Origin: Betaproteobacteria bacterium
GTDB taxonomy: Bacteria > Pseudomonadota > Gammaproteobacteria > Burkholderiales > SG8-39
Direction: 5' to 3'
DNA: 64,000 nt
Assembly (NCBI GenBank): GCA_004297625.1
Contig: SCTY01000022.1
Coordinates: forward strand, 59,833-123,832
Every line of letters starts with the position of its first letter. Position 1 is the stretch's first letter. The notes beneath the pieces were generated by a model that saw only the letters and a program-made list of their open reading frames with translations, made no database searches and was not told the DNA's origin. Below are positions 29,188-40,400 of this stretch, one piece after another. The translations under genes were made by a program, and so were the position numbers.

Positions 29188-31935
29188 ATGAATCCAGGGG
29201 CGATCTACTCGAAGTCGGGCAAGGGGGTCCAGGAGGCCTCCGGGAAGACCAGCCTGCTCAAGCGAGCCGATCGCGCGGTGCTCTCCGCGATCGACGGGCG
29301 CGCCACCCTCGCCGAGGTCGCGCAGAAACTCGGCAAGCCGTTCGATGCCGCGTTCGAGGCGCTCATCAATCAGCTCGACAGGGAAGGCTTCGTGCGCGCC
29401 GTTTCGAGCGGCGGGACGGAGAAGAACCCGGCCGCGCGCAGCGGCGGCCAGGCCCCGGCCGCGGGCGCCGACCTCGACTTCACCACCATAATTCCCGTTC
29501 CCAAGATGCCGCCGAAGCCGGCCGACGCCGCCAGGCGCGCCAAGGAGCAGGAATCGGCGCTCTACAAGGCCCGGCAGGAGGCCGAGGCGCGCGCCCAGTC
29601 GGAACGCGACCGCCTGAAGGCAGAGGGTGAGGCCAAGGCGCGCACCGAGGCGGAAGCGAAGTTCCGCGCCGACGCGGAGAAGAGAATTCGCGAGGAAACC
29701 GAAGCACGGCTGAAAGCCGAGGCCGAAGCGAAAGCCAAGGCGGCCCGCGAGGCGGCGCTCAGGATCGCGGCCGAGGCGAAAGCCAAGGCGGACGCCGAAA
29801 AGGCGCGGCTCGAAGCCGAGCGCGCCAGGCTCGAAGCCGAACGCAGGCAGCGCGAAGAGGCCGAGCGCAAGGCGCGCGAAGAAGCCGAAAAGGCGCGCAG
29901 AGAGGCCGAAGAGCTGCGCCGGCGGCTGGAAGAAGAGCGCAAAGCACGCGAAGCGGAAGAGCGGCGGCGGAGGGAAGAAGAGCGGCGCGCGCGCGAAGAG
30001 GCCGAGCGCAAGGCACGCGAAGAGGAAGAACGCCGGGCCCGTGAAGAGGAAGAGCGCGCTCGCCGGGCGCAGGAAGAGGAGCAGGAGCGGGCGCGCCGGG
30101 CCCACGACGAGGAAATCGAACGCGCGCGGCGCGAAGCCGAGCAGGCGCAGGCACCCGCCGAGCCCGAGCCGGCCGAGCCCGAGCCCGCCGCGTCCACGGC
30201 GGCCACGGTGGTTCCGGGCAGCCTCGATACGCTCATGGCCGACCTGGACTCGTTTTCCCAGCGCGAGGAAGACGATCGCAGATCGAGGGACGCTGCGGAG
30301 CGCGAGGACAAAGAGGAGAAAGCTCGCCGGCTGCGCGAGGAATCCGAGCGCCGCGCCGAGGAGCAGGCGCAAGTCGAGCGCCGCCAGGCCGAGGAGCGCC
30401 GCCGCAAGGAGGAAGAGCAGCGCCGCGCCCAGGAAGAGGCGGAGCGCCGGGTGCGCGAGGCCGAAGAGGCGCGCAGGAAGGAAGCCGAGGAGCGCCAGCG
30501 CAAGGCCCGCGAGGCGATGGCCGCGGCAGAGCCGGCGCAGCAGGCGCCGGCCCGCCCCGCAGCGTCGGACGACATCGGCATCACCGACGAAGACCTCGAC
30601 ATGGAGGACGTGCGCCACGACGAGGCCCTGGTCGCCAAGGAGTCGCGCAAGGGCCAGCGCGACCAGGAACGCGAAGCGAGGGAGCGCGAGCGCGAAGAGC
30701 GGGAGCGCGAGCGCGAGCGGGAAGAGCGGGAACGCGCCGCCAAGCCGGTCAAGCCTTCAAAACCGCGCAGGCCGGTCAAATGGGGCAGGCCGGTCGCGAT
30801 CACCTTGTTCGTGCTGCTCGTCGGCGCCATCGGCGTGCTGCACGTCATGCCGATCCCGACCGAGCCGTATGAGCGCGCCGCGTCGGAGGTGCTCGGCCAC
30901 CCGGTGCGCATCTCCTCGGCGCGCCTTTCCCTCTATAGCGGCGTGCGCCTCAACCTCGAGCGCGTGAAGATCGGCGAGACGGCCAATCTTGGAAGCGCGC
31001 GCGCCTATCCGGAGCTCGGCTCGCTCTTCGGCGATCGCAAGGCCTTCAGCCGCATCGAGGTCGACAATGCGACCCTGGCGCCGCAGGCGCTCGGCGAGGT
31101 CCTGTTCGCCAAAATGAAAGGTGCCAACTTCAGCGTCGGGCGCGTCATCGTGAAGCAGCTCAAGATCGAGAGCGGCCTCGCGATTCCGCCCCTGGAAGCC
31201 GAGGCCGAGAGCGGCCCGGACGGCGCGGTGCGCGCCGTCACGCTGCGCGGCCCGGAAAATCTGATCGGGAAAATCACGCCGGACGGCGGCAACATCGAGT
31301 TCGATGTGACGGCGAGCAGCTTCGCGTTGCCCGTCGCGCCGGCGGTTTCGCTTACCAGCTTCGCGATGAAAGGCACGGCGACGCGCCAGGGAATGAGCGT
31401 AGCCTCGTGGGGCGGTGCATTGTTCGACGGCGCGTTGAACGGCGTTGCCAACGTGCGCTGGACGGGCGGCTGGCACATCGACGGCGTAGTGACCGTGCGC
31501 AACATCAACGCTGCGGTATTTGCGCCCGCGCTGCTCTCCGAAGGCCGCGCCGAGGGCACGGCGAAGTTCTCGATGAGCGCCCCGGACCCGGACAAGCTCG
31601 CCGGCGAGAGCCGCATCGAAGGCAAGTTCACTGTTTACAAAGGAGTGCTCGGCAGCTTCGACCTGTCGCGCCTGATCCAGAGTTCCGGGCGGCAATCCTC
31701 CGGCCGGACGCAATTCGCGGAGATGACCGGCCAGGGGACGTACGACAAGGGCGCGGTGGCGCTGCGCGAGGTGCAGATCAGCGCCGGCGCGCTCAACGCG
31801 GGCGCGAGCGCTGACATCGCGCAGAGCGGAGCGCTTTCGGGGCGCATCATCGCGGACGTGAAGACCGCCACGCAGACGCTGCGCCAGACGATCCTCCTGG
31901 GAGGGACAGTCAAGGAGCCGCAGGTCAGAAACTAG
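29188..31935 (+). CDS. Large envelope protein: small N-terminal winged-helix-like domain, ~430-aa K/E/R/A-rich charged spacer, one TM helix, AsmA-like C-terminal domain
   Basis: 915 aa; the N-terminus is [47 protein letters not shown]. Residues ~100-530 are [25 protein letters not shown]-type low complexity. The TM helix is [23 protein letters not shown]. The C-terminus ends ...[12 protein letters not shown], as in AsmA-family proteins. Confidence 0.7.
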   Translation: MNPGAIYSKSGKGVQEASGKTSLLKRADRAVLSAIDGRATLAEVAQKLGKPFDAAFEALINQLDREGFVRAVSSGGTEKNPAARSGGQAPAAGADLDFTTIIPVPKMPPKPADAARRAKEQESALYKARQEAEARAQSERDRLKAEGEAKARTEAEAKFRADAEKRIREETEARLKAEAEAKAKAAREAALRIAAEAKAKADAEKARLEAERARLEAERRQREEAERKAREEAEKARREAEELRRRLEEERKAREAEERRRREEERRAREEAERKAREEEERRAREEEERARRAQEEEQERARRAHDEEIERARREAEQAQAPAEPEPAEPEPAASTAATVVPGSLDTLMADLDSFSQREEDDRRSRDAAEREDKEEKARRLREESERRAEEQAQVERRQAEERRRKEEEQRRAQEEAERRVREAEEARRKEAEERQRKAREAMAAAEPAQQAPARPAASDDIGITDEDLDMEDVRHDEALVAKESRKGQRDQEREAREREREEREREREREERERAAKPVKPSKPRRPVKWGRPVAITLFVLLVGAIGVLHVMPIPTEPYERAASEVLGHPVRISSARLSLYSGVRLNLERVKIGETANLGSARAYPELGSLFGDRKAFSRIEVDNATLAPQALGEVLFAKMKGANFSVGRVIVKQLKIESGLAIPPLEAEAESGPDGAVRAVTLRGPENLIGKITPDGGNIEFDVTASSFALPVAPAVSLTSFAMKGTATRQGMSVASWGGALFDGALNGVANVRWTGGWHIDGVVTVRNINAAVFAPALLSEGRAEGTAKFSMSAPDPDKLAGESRIEGKFTVYKGVLGSFDLSRLIQSSGRQSSGRTQFAEMTGQGTYDKGAVALREVQISAGALNAGASADIAQSGALSGRIIADVKTATQTLRQTILLGGTVKEPQVRN

Positions 31936-34900
31936 TGCCCCAAGTTCTCCAGCTCCGCGGCCCGCGCGCGCTGTCGGAGTTCCGCCTCGCCAAGCTGCTC
32001 GCAGCCTTGCAGAAAGTGGATTCCGGCGTACGCACCGTCGGCGCCGAGTACCGCTATTTCGTAGAGACCGAAAGAGCGCTCGACGCCGGGGAGCGCAAGC
32101 TCCTCGAGCGGCTGCTCGACGACGGCACGCCGATGCTCGACTCCACGGCAGGCGAATTGTTCCTCGTGGTGCCGCGCCTGGGAACCGTGTCGCCGTGGTC
32201 CTCGAAGGCGACCGATATCGCGCGCAACTGCGGCCTCGCCGGCGTGCGCCGCATCGAGCGCGGCACGGTGTACTACCCGAACAGCGGCAACCCGCAGCTC
32301 GCCCCGCTGCTGCACGACCGCATGACGCAGACGGTGCTGCGCTCGTTCGACGAGGCGCCCAAGCTTTTTGCCCACGTTCCGCCGCGCCCCTTGGAAAGCA
32401 TTCCCGTCGAGAAAATAGCTGAGGCCAACCGTCGCCTCGGTCTCGCGCTGAGCGAGGACGAGATCGAGTACCTGGAGCGCGCCTACCGCGGCCTGGGCCG
32501 CGACCCGACCGACGCCGAGCTCACCATGTTCGCGCAGGCGAACTCCGAGCATTGCCGCCACAAGATCTTCAATGCCGACTGGATCGTCGACGGCGAGCGC
32601 CAGCCGCAGTCGCTCTTTTCGATGATCCGGCATACGCACGCGGCGAGCCCGCAAGGGACGGTGCTCGCCTACGCCGACAACGCGGCGATCATCGAAGGCG
32701 GGCAGGCGCAGCGCTTCTTTGCGGACGAAAAGGGCGTGTACCGGTACCACGGCGACCTCACGCACTTCGTCATCAAGTGCGAGACGCACAACCATCCGAC
32801 CGCCATCTCGCCTTTTGCGGGCGCAGCCACCGGCTCGGGCGGCGAGATCCGCGACGAGGGCGCGACGGGCCGCGGAGCCAAGCCGAAGGCGGGGCTCGTC
32901 GGCTATTCGGTTTCGCATCTGCGGATCCCGGGGCTCGCGCATCCCTGGGAGGCGTCCGATCCGGGCAAGCCGGCGCGCATCGCCTCGGCGCTCGACATCA
33001 TGCTCGAGGCGCCGATCGGCGCCGCCGCGTTCAACAACGAGTTCGGCCGGCCGAATCTCTGCGGTTACTTCCGCACGTTCGAATTCGGAAGCCGGGGCTA
33101 CCACAAGCCCATCATGCTCGCGGGCGGCGTGGGAAGCATCGCCGCCGCGCACACTGCGAAAGCGCCGCTCCCGGCGGGGAGCCTTCTCATCCAGCTCGGC
33201 GGGCCGGCGCTGCTCATCGGCATGGGCGGCGGCGCGGCGTCCTCCATGGGCGCCGGCGCGAACGTCGAGGACCTCGACTTCGACTCGGTGCAGCGCGACA
33301 ACGCCGAGATGGAGCGCCGGGCGCAGGAGGTGATCGACCGCTGCTGGCAGCTGGGCGCCGCGAATCCGATCCTCTCCATTCACGACGTCGGCGCGGGCGG
33401 CCTGTCGAACGCCTTGCCGGAGCTCGCGCATGCGGCGGGGCGCGGCGCGCGCATCGAGCTGCGCAACATCCCGTCGGAAGACCGCAGCATGTCGCCGCGC
33501 GAGATCTGGTGCAACGAGGCGCAGGAGCGATACGTCCTCGCCATTTCTCCAAAGTCACTGGCTTTGTTCAAAGCCCTCTGCGAGCGCGAGCGCTGCCCGT
33601 TCGCGGTCCTCGGCGAGGCGACCGACGACGCCCACCTGCTCGTCACCGACTCGATGCTGAAGGCGAGCCCGGTCGACGTGGACCTCGGGCTCATCCTCGG
33701 CAAGCCGCCGAAGATGCTGCGCGACGTGAAGCGCGTGCCTGCAGCGCTGAGTCCTTTGTCTCTTGAGAAAATTACGTTGACGGGCGCCGCGAACCGCGTG
33801 CTGCGCCATCCGGCGGTGGCGGACAAGACTTTCCTCATTGCGATCGGCGACCGCACGGTCGGCGGATTGTGCGCGCGCGATCCGCTCGTCGGCCCCTGGC
33901 AGGTGCCGGTGGCCGATTGCGCCGTCACGCTCGCCGACTACCACGGCTACGCGGGCGAGGCTTTCGCGGTCGGCGAGCGCACGCCGCTCGCGCTCATCGA
34001 CGCGCCGGCTTCCGGGCGCATGGCCGTGGGCGAGGCGCTGACCAATCTCGCCTCGGCGCTTATCGCCGATATTTCGAACGTAAAGCTGTCGGCCAACTGG
34101 ATGGCCGCGGCAGGGCATCCGGGCGAGGACGCGGCGCTTTTCGACACGGTGCGCGCGCTGGCGCTCGAGCTGTGTCCCGCGCTCGGCATCTCGATCCCGG
34201 TGGGCAAGGATTCGCTGTCGATGCGCACCGCGTGGGACGGCAAGGAAATCGTCGCGCCGCTTTCGCTCATCGTGTCGGCCTTCGCTCCCGCGGTGGACGC
34301 GCGCGCTACGCTGACGCCGCAGCTTCGCACCGACTGCGGCGACACCGAGCTCGTGCTCGTCGATCTCGGCCGCGGCCGCAACCGGCTCGGCGGCTCGATC
34401 CTCGCGCAGACTTACTCGCAGTTAGGCGAGGCCTGCCCGGATCTCGACGACCCGGCGCTGCTTAAGGGCTTCTTCGCCGCGATGCAGAAGCTCCGTCCGC
34501 TGGTTCTCGCCTATCACGACCGCTCCGACGGAGGCCTGTTCGCGAGCGTATGCGAGATGGCGTTCGCCGGTCACTGCGGCGTCACGCTCAATCTCGACAG
34601 CATCGCTTTCGACGCGGCCGCGGACGACGTCGACGCCTTCAAGCGCGGCACCGAGGAGCAGCTCGCCGGGCGCGCCAAGGACCTGGCGCTCGCGGCCCTC
34701 TTTTCCGAGGAGCTGGGCGCGGTGCTGCAGATCCGCGCCGCGGACCGCGGGCGGGTGATGGACGCGCTGCGCGCGGCGGGGCTCGGCGATTGCAGCCACA
34801 TCATCGGCCAGCTCAATGCGCGCGACGTTATCCGTATCACGCGCGACAACCGCAGCGTGTTCGAAAGCAAGCGCGACCACCTGCAGCGCACCTGGTTCGA

Positions 34901-35801
34901 GACGAGCTGGAGAATGCAGGCGCTGCGCGACAACCCGGAATGCGCGCGCGAGGAGTACGACCGGATCATCGAGCATGACGATCCGGGTCTGTCCTTCAAA
35001 GTTGCCTTTCAGGAAAAAGATGTTTTCGTGGCGACTGGCGCGAGGCCGCGGGTCGCCGTCCTGCGAGAGCAGGGGGTGAACGGCCACGTCGAGATGGCCG
35101 CGTGCTTCGAGCGCGCGGGCTTCGAGGCGCAGGACGTGCACATGACCGACCTCGTCGCCGGCCGCGTGTCGCTCGACGGATTCAAGGGGTTCGCCGCAGG
35201 CGGCGGCTTCTCCTACGGCGACGTGCTCGGCGCGGGGCAGGGCTGGGCGAAGACCATTCTCTTCAATGCGCGGGCGCGCGCGGAGTTCGAGCGCTTCTTC
35301 GCCCGCGCGGATACCTTCGCGCTCGGCGCGTGCAACGGCTGCCAGATGATGGCGGCGCTGAAGGAGCTGATCCCGGGCGCGGACGACTGGCCGATTTTCT
35401 TGCGCAACCGCTCCGAGCAGTTCGAAGCGCGCCTCGTGATGGTCGAGATCATGCCGAGCGCGTCGCTCTTTTTCCGCGGCATGGAAGGCAGCCGCATGCC
35501 GATCGTGACCGCGCACGGCGAAGGACGAGCGTCCTGGGGCGGGAAGACGCCTTCAAGCCTGCCGGTGTGCATGCGCTACGTCGACAACCGCGGCGACGCG
35601 ACCGAGGTCTATCCCTACAACCCCAGCGGCTCGCCGCGGGGGATCACCGGTCTCACCACGCCGGACGGGCGCTTCACCATCGTGATGCCGCACCCGGAGC
35701 GCGTGTTCCGCACGGTGCAGCTCTCGTGGGCGCCGGACCGGTCGGTGGAGGATTCGCCCTGGATGCGCATGTTCCGCAACGCGCGCGCTTGGGTAGGATA
35801 G
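31935..35801 (+). CDS. purL: Phosphoribosylformylglycinamidine synthase (single-chain large PurL)
   Basis: 1288 aa; GTG start overlapping the upstream stop. [42 protein letters not shown], the GATase end GVNGHVEMA...CNGCQMM...MPHPER. Confidence 0.97.
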   Translation: MPQVLQLRGPRALSEFRLAKLLAALQKVDSGVRTVGAEYRYFVETERALDAGERKLLERLLDDGTPMLDSTAGELFLVVPRLGTVSPWSSKATDIARNCGLAGVRRIERGTVYYPNSGNPQLAPLLHDRMTQTVLRSFDEAPKLFAHVPPRPLESIPVEKIAEANRRLGLALSEDEIEYLERAYRGLGRDPTDAELTMFAQANSEHCRHKIFNADWIVDGERQPQSLFSMIRHTHAASPQGTVLAYADNAAIIEGGQAQRFFADEKGVYRYHGDLTHFVIKCETHNHPTAISPFAGAATGSGGEIRDEGATGRGAKPKAGLVGYSVSHLRIPGLAHPWEASDPGKPARIASALDIMLEAPIGAAAFNNEFGRPNLCGYFRTFEFGSRGYHKPIMLAGGVGSIAAAHTAKAPLPAGSLLIQLGGPALLIGMGGGAASSMGAGANVEDLDFDSVQRDNAEMERRAQEVIDRCWQLGAANPILSIHDVGAGGLSNALPELAHAAGRGARIELRNIPSEDRSMSPREIWCNEAQERYVLAISPKSLALFKALCERERCPFAVLGEATDDAHLLVTDSMLKASPVDVDLGLILGKPPKMLRDVKRVPAALSPLSLEKITLTGAANRVLRHPAVADKTFLIAIGDRTVGGLCARDPLVGPWQVPVADCAVTLADYHGYAGEAFAVGERTPLALIDAPASGRMAVGEALTNLASALIADISNVKLSANWMAAAGHPGEDAALFDTVRALALELCPALGISIPVGKDSLSMRTAWDGKEIVAPLSLIVSAFAPAVDARATLTPQLRTDCGDTELVLVDLGRGRNRLGGSILAQTYSQLGEACPDLDDPALLKGFFAAMQKLRPLVLAYHDRSDGGLFASVCEMAFAGHCGVTLNLDSIAFDAAADDVDAFKRGTEEQLAGRAKDLALAALFSEELGAVLQIRAADRGRVMDALRAAGLGDCSHIIGQLNARDVIRITRDNRSVFESKRDHLQRTWFETSWRMQALRDNPECAREEYDRIIEHDDPGLSFKVAFQEKDVFVATGARPRVAVLREQGVNGHVEMAACFERAGFEAQDVHMTDLVAGRVSLDGFKGFAAGGGFSYGDVLGAGQGWAKTILFNARARAEFERFFARADTFALGACNGCQMMAALKELIPGADDWPIFLRNRSEQFEARLVMVEIMPSASLFFRGMEGSRMPIVTAHGEGRASWGGKTPSSLPVCMRYVDNRGDATEVYPYNPSGSPRGITGLTTPDGRFTIVMPHPERVFRTVQLSWAPDRSVEDSPWMRMFRNARAWVG

Positions 35802-35806
35802 CGGCC

Positions 35807-36037
35807 ATGATGCCGATCACTCGGCATGACCAGAGCCTGCTCGCCAAGTGCGGCTCGAGCAAATCGAAGATCCTCTCCGCGCAGATCTGGGTCGGCGACA
35901 TCCGCAACCGCACGCCGATGAACGAGGTGTGGACCGCATGGGCGGACCCCTCGAACATGCCGGCGCGCGCCTGCGTCGAGTCGCGGCTCGCCGATCCGCG
36001 CGCGCCGGTCGAGATCATGGTGGTCGCGGCGGTCTAG
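35807..36037 (+). pseudogene. 5'-truncated RidA/YjgF/TdcF-family fragment (76 codons)
   Basis: ...SKSKILSAQIWVGDIRNRTPMNEVWTAWADPSNMPARACVESRLADPRAPVEIMVVAAV matches only the C-terminal half of RidA-family proteins (...PAR..V....L.....VEI...A). It starts 6 nt after the purL stop, so there is no room for the N-terminal ~50 aa. Confidence 0.5.
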
Positions 36038-36049
36038 CCGCCGCGGCGG

Positions 36050-37420
36050 CTACGCGGCCTTCGCGACCGAGGGCAGCCCGGCAAGCGCCGTCGCGAGCTC
36101 CTGCTGGTCGTAGTCCTGGTCGAGCAGCTTGTTCGCGAAGTAGTCGAGGTACGCCTGCATGTCGAAATGCCCATGCCCCGAGAGGTTGAAGACGATCACG
36201 CGCGAGCGGCCTTCGGCCTTGCAGCGCAGCGCTTCGTCGATCGCCGCCCGTATCGCGTGGTTCGCTTCGGGCGCCGGCAGGATGCCTTCGACGCGCGCGA
36301 ACTGCACGCCGGCGTCGAAGCACGGCCGCTGGTGGTACGCGACCGCTTCGAGCAGCCCCAGCTCCTTGCAAAAGGACACCAGCGGCGCCATGCCGTGGTA
36401 GCGCAGGCCCCCGGCGTGGAATCCCGGCGGGGTGAAGGTCGAGCCGAGCGTGTGCATCTTCACGAGCGGAGTGAGGTGCGCCGTGTCGCCGAAGTCGTAG
36501 GCGTACTTGCCGCGCGTGAGCGACGGGCACGCGGAGGGCTCGACCGCCACTACGCGAACCTTCTTGCCGCCGCGCAGCTGCGCGCCAAGGAACGGAAACA
36601 CCAGCCCGGCGAAGTTGGACCCACCGCCGGTGCAGCCGATGAGGACATCGGGGTAATCGCCCGCCATCTCGAGCTGCGCCATCGTCTCCTGGCCGACGAT
36701 CGTCTGGTGCATGAGCACATGGTTCAGCACCGAGCCGAGCGCGTACTTGGTGTCCTCGTGCGTGGCCGCCACCTCGACCGCTTCGGAGATCGCGATGCCG
36801 AGGCTTCCGGGGTGATCTTTCCTCTTCTCCAGGATGGCGCGTCCGGAATTGGTTTCCATGGACGGCGAGGGGACGCACTTCGCGCCGTAGGTCTCCATGA
36901 GGGCGCGCCGGTAGGGCTTCTGGTCGTAGGACACGCGCACCATGTAGACCTTGATCTCGATGCCGAAGAGCGCCCCGGCGAACGCGAGCGACGAGCCCCA
37001 CTGCCCGGCGCCGGTCTCCGTGGTGATCTTCTTCACCCCGGCTTCCTTGTTGTAGAAGGCCTGCGCCACCGCGGTATTCGGCTTGTGGCTGCCCGACGGA
37101 CTGACGCCTTCATATTTGTAATAGATCTTCGCGGGCGTCTGCAGCGCCTTCTCGAGGCGCCGCGCGCGGTAAAGCGGCGAAGGCCGCCACTGGCGGTAGA
37201 TCTCGCGCACCGGCTCGGGAATGTCGATTTCGCGCTCGGTGCTGACCTCCTGGGCGATCAGCGCCATCGGGAAAAGCGGCGCGAGATCGTCGGGGCCGAC
37301 GGGCTGCTTGGTTCCGGGATGCAGCACCGCGGGCGGCGCCGAGGGCAGGTCCGCCATGATGTTGTACCAGCGCTTCGGCAGCTTGGATTCATCCAGAACG
37401 TATTTCACGGTGTCGGTCAT
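36050..37420 (-). CDS. TrpB-like PLP-dependent enzyme (tryptophan synthase beta type 2)
   Basis: 456 aa; [24 protein letters not shown]...[13 protein letters not shown]...[12 protein letters not shown]...; no trpA is adjacent. Confidence 0.85.
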   Translation of the reverse strand: MTDTVKYVLDESKLPKRWYNIMADLPSAPPAVLHPGTKQPVGPDDLAPLFPMALIAQEVSTEREIDIPEPVREIYRQWRPSPLYRARRLEKALQTPAKIYYKYEGVSPSGSHKPNTAVAQAFYNKEAGVKKITTETGAGQWGSSLAFAGALFGIEIKVYMVRVSYDQKPYRRALMETYGAKCVPSPSMETNSGRAILEKRKDHPGSLGIAISEAVEVAATHEDTKYALGSVLNHVLMHQTIVGQETMAQLEMAGDYPDVLIGCTGGGSNFAGLVFPFLGAQLRGGKKVRVVAVEPSACPSLTRGKYAYDFGDTAHLTPLVKMHTLGSTFTPPGFHAGGLRYHGMAPLVSFCKELGLLEAVAYHQRPCFDAGVQFARVEGILPAPEANHAIRAAIDEALRCKAEGRSRVIVFNLSGHGHFDMQAYLDYFANKLLDQDYDQQELATALAGLPSVAKAA

Positions 37421-37461
37421 GGCGCTTCTCCCGGAAGAAAAATGGGGTGTGGCTGCTTATT

Positions 37462-40400
37462 CTAGGCCGCAAGCTGCTGCAAGATGTCCTTCACCGCGGC
37501 GGCGCGCTCCTGCCAGGCCGGAAGCTTGGCCTCGACGCGCAGCTTCTCCGGTCCGGCAAGGCGCGCCTGGCGGCCCTTGCGCCGGATGAAGTCGATGACC
37601 TTGGCGCCGTCGAGCGGCGGGTTCTTGATGAACTGAAGCTGGACCGCCTCGTGGGTGGCGTCGACGCGCGCCACGCCCAGGCGCCTTGCGGCGATGCGCA
37701 CGATGTGGCATTCGATCAGGGCGCGCGCCGCCTCCGGCAGCTCGCCGAAGCGGTCGACGAGCTCCTCGCGCAGCGCGTCGAGCTCCTCGCGGGTCTCGGC
37801 GTCGGCCAGGCGCTTGTAGAGCGAGAGCCGCTCGTGCACGTCGCTGCAGTAGGCGGCGGGCAGCAGGGCGGGAACGTGCAGGTTGACCTCCGTGGAGACG
37901 TCGACGGTAGCCTCCAGCTCGTCGGCCTTTCCCGCTTTCAGTTTTCGGACGGCCCTTTCGAGCATGCGCGCATACAGCGAGAAGCCGACTTCCTGGATCT
38001 CGCCCGACTGCTCCTCGCCCAGGATCTCGCCCGCGCCGCGGATTTCGAGGTCGTGCATCGCGAGGTAGAAGCCCGAGCCGAGCTCTTCCATCATCTGGAT
38101 GGCTTCCAGCCGCTTCACGGCGTTCTTGTTCAACGCTTCCTCGGGCGGCGTGAGCAGGTACGCGTATGCCTGGTGGTGCGAGCGGCCGACGCGCCCGCGC
38201 AGCTGGTGGAGCTGCGCCAGCCCGAAGCGATCGGCGCGGTTGATGACGATGGTGTTCGCCGTGGGGATGTCGATCCCGGTTTCGATGATCGTCGAGCAGA
38301 GCAGCACGTTGCAGCGCTGCGCGGTGAAGTCGCGCATGACGCGCTCGAGGTCGCGCTCGCGCATCTGGCCGTGCGCGATCGCGATGCGCCCCTCGGGCAG
38401 CAGGCGCGCAAGGCGCTCCTGCATGCGCTCGATCGTTTCGACCTCGTTATGCAGGAAGTACACCTGGCCGCCGCGCTTGAGCTCCCGCATGACCGCTTCC
38501 CGGATCAGCCCCTCCGACCAGGGAGAGACGAAGGTCTTGATCGCCAGGCGCTTCTGCGGCGCGGTCGCGATGACCGAAAAGTCGCGGATTCCCTCGAGCG
38601 ACATCGCCAGCGTGCGGGGAATGGGCGTAGCGGTGAGCGTGAGTACGTCGACTTCGGCGCGCAGGCGCTTCAGCGCCTCTTTTTGCCGCACGCCGAAGCG
38701 GTGCTCCTCGTCGATGATCACCAGTCCCAGGCGCTTGAGCCTCACTTCCCTGCCGAGGAGCTTGTGCGTGCCGATGACGATGTCCATCTCGCCGCTTTCG
38801 AGCTTCTTCAGGATTTCCGTCGCTTCCTTGGAACTGCGGAAACGCGAGAGCTCGGCGAGCTTGACAGGCCAGTCGGCGAAGCGGTCGCTGAAGGTCTGGA
38901 AATGCTGCTCGGCAAGCAGCGTCGTCGGGCACAGGATCACCACCTGCTTTCCGTCGGCGACCGCCACGAACGCCGCGCGCAGCGCGACCTCGGTCTTGCC
39001 GAAGCCGACATCGCCGCACACCAGGCGGTCCATCGGCTTGCCCGAGGCCATGTCGGTGATGACTGCTTCGATTGCCTGCGCCTGGTCGGGCGTTTCTTCA
39101 AAGCCGAAGCCCGCCGCGAACCCCTCCAGATCATGCATCCCTATTGAAAATGAATGACCCAGTCGCGCTGCTCGCCTGGCGTACAGCGCGAGGAGCTCCG
39201 CCGCCGTGTCGCGCACCTGCCTCGCCGCGCGCGCCTTCGCTTTGTCCCATTGGCCGCTGCCCAGCCTGTGCAGCGGCGCCTCCTCCGGTTGCGCGCCGCT
39301 GTAGCGGCCGATGAGGCCGAGCTGGGCGACGGGGACGTAGAGCTTGTCGCCGCCCTCGTACTCGAGCAGCAGGAACTCGCTTTGGCCGTCCTCGAGGTCG
39401 AGCGACACGAGGCCCTGGTAGCGGCCGATGCCGTGCTGCTCGTGCACCACCGGATCGCCGACCTTGAGCTCCGAGAGGTCGCGCAGCATGCCCTCGACCG
39501 AGCTGCGCTTCTCTGCCGCCCGGCTGCGCCGGCGCACCACGCCGGCGTAAAGCTCGGCCTCCGTGACGACCGCCCATCCCTCGCCCGGCACGATGAAGCC
39601 GTGCGCAAGCGGGGACACGCAAAGCAGAAAACCGGACTGGTTCTTCAAGAACTCGTCGAACGTCGAGCAGGATTCCGGTTTCAATCCGTACTCGGCAAAG
39701 TACGCCGCCATGGTCTCGCGGCGTCCGGGCGACTCTGCGGCGATCATGACGCGCAGCTTCGAGGTCTCGAGGAATCCCTTTAAGGCGGCGAGCGGATCGC
39801 TGGCGCGCCGGTCGACGGCTACGGCGGGCAGCGGCTGGGTAGAAACAGGGACAGACCCCATTTCAGGCTTCTCTGAAATGGGGTCTGTCCCTGTTTCCGC
39901 GGTGATGTCGACCCGTGCGAAGTCTTTCGCGCGCACGAAGAACTCCTCCGCGGGCACGAAGAGCTGCGGCGGCGCGAGGAGCGGGCGGTCGGGATCGCCG
40001 CCCGCCATCTTGTAGCGCGAGTTCGCGTCGCGCCAGAACTCGTTGATGGCGGCGCTTACATCGTGGTGGAGCGCGAGCGTGGCGTCCGACGGAAGGTAAT
40101 CGAACACCGTGGCGACCGACTCGAAGAAAAGCGGCAGGTAGTACTCGATGCCGGCGGCCGGCACGCCGTTCGACACGTCCCGGTAAAGGCGCTTCTTCGA
40201 CGGATCGCCTTCGAAGAGCTCGCGCCAGCGGCCCCGGAAGCGCGCGCGTCCGGCTTCGTCGAGCGGGAACTCCCGCGCCGGGAGCAGGCGGATTTCCTTC
40301 ACGGCGTAAACGGTGCGCTGGCTGTCGACGTCGAAGGTCTTGATCGAGTCGACGACGTCGTCGTCCAGGTCCAGCCGATAGGGCAGCGGGCTGCCCATGG

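Noticed and set aside
29480-30780. Periodic repetitive DNA that at first glance could be a tandem-repeat or CRISPR-like array
   Set aside because: There is no constant repeat unit alternating with unique spacers. The periodicity is codon-level (GAG/GAA/CGC/GCC/AAG) and stays in one reading frame, encoding a charged low-complexity protein segment.
37447-39157. 566-aa and 352-aa plus-strand ORFs inside mfd
   Set aside because: Antisense to mfd, whose helicase motifs are unambiguous. There are no domain signatures.
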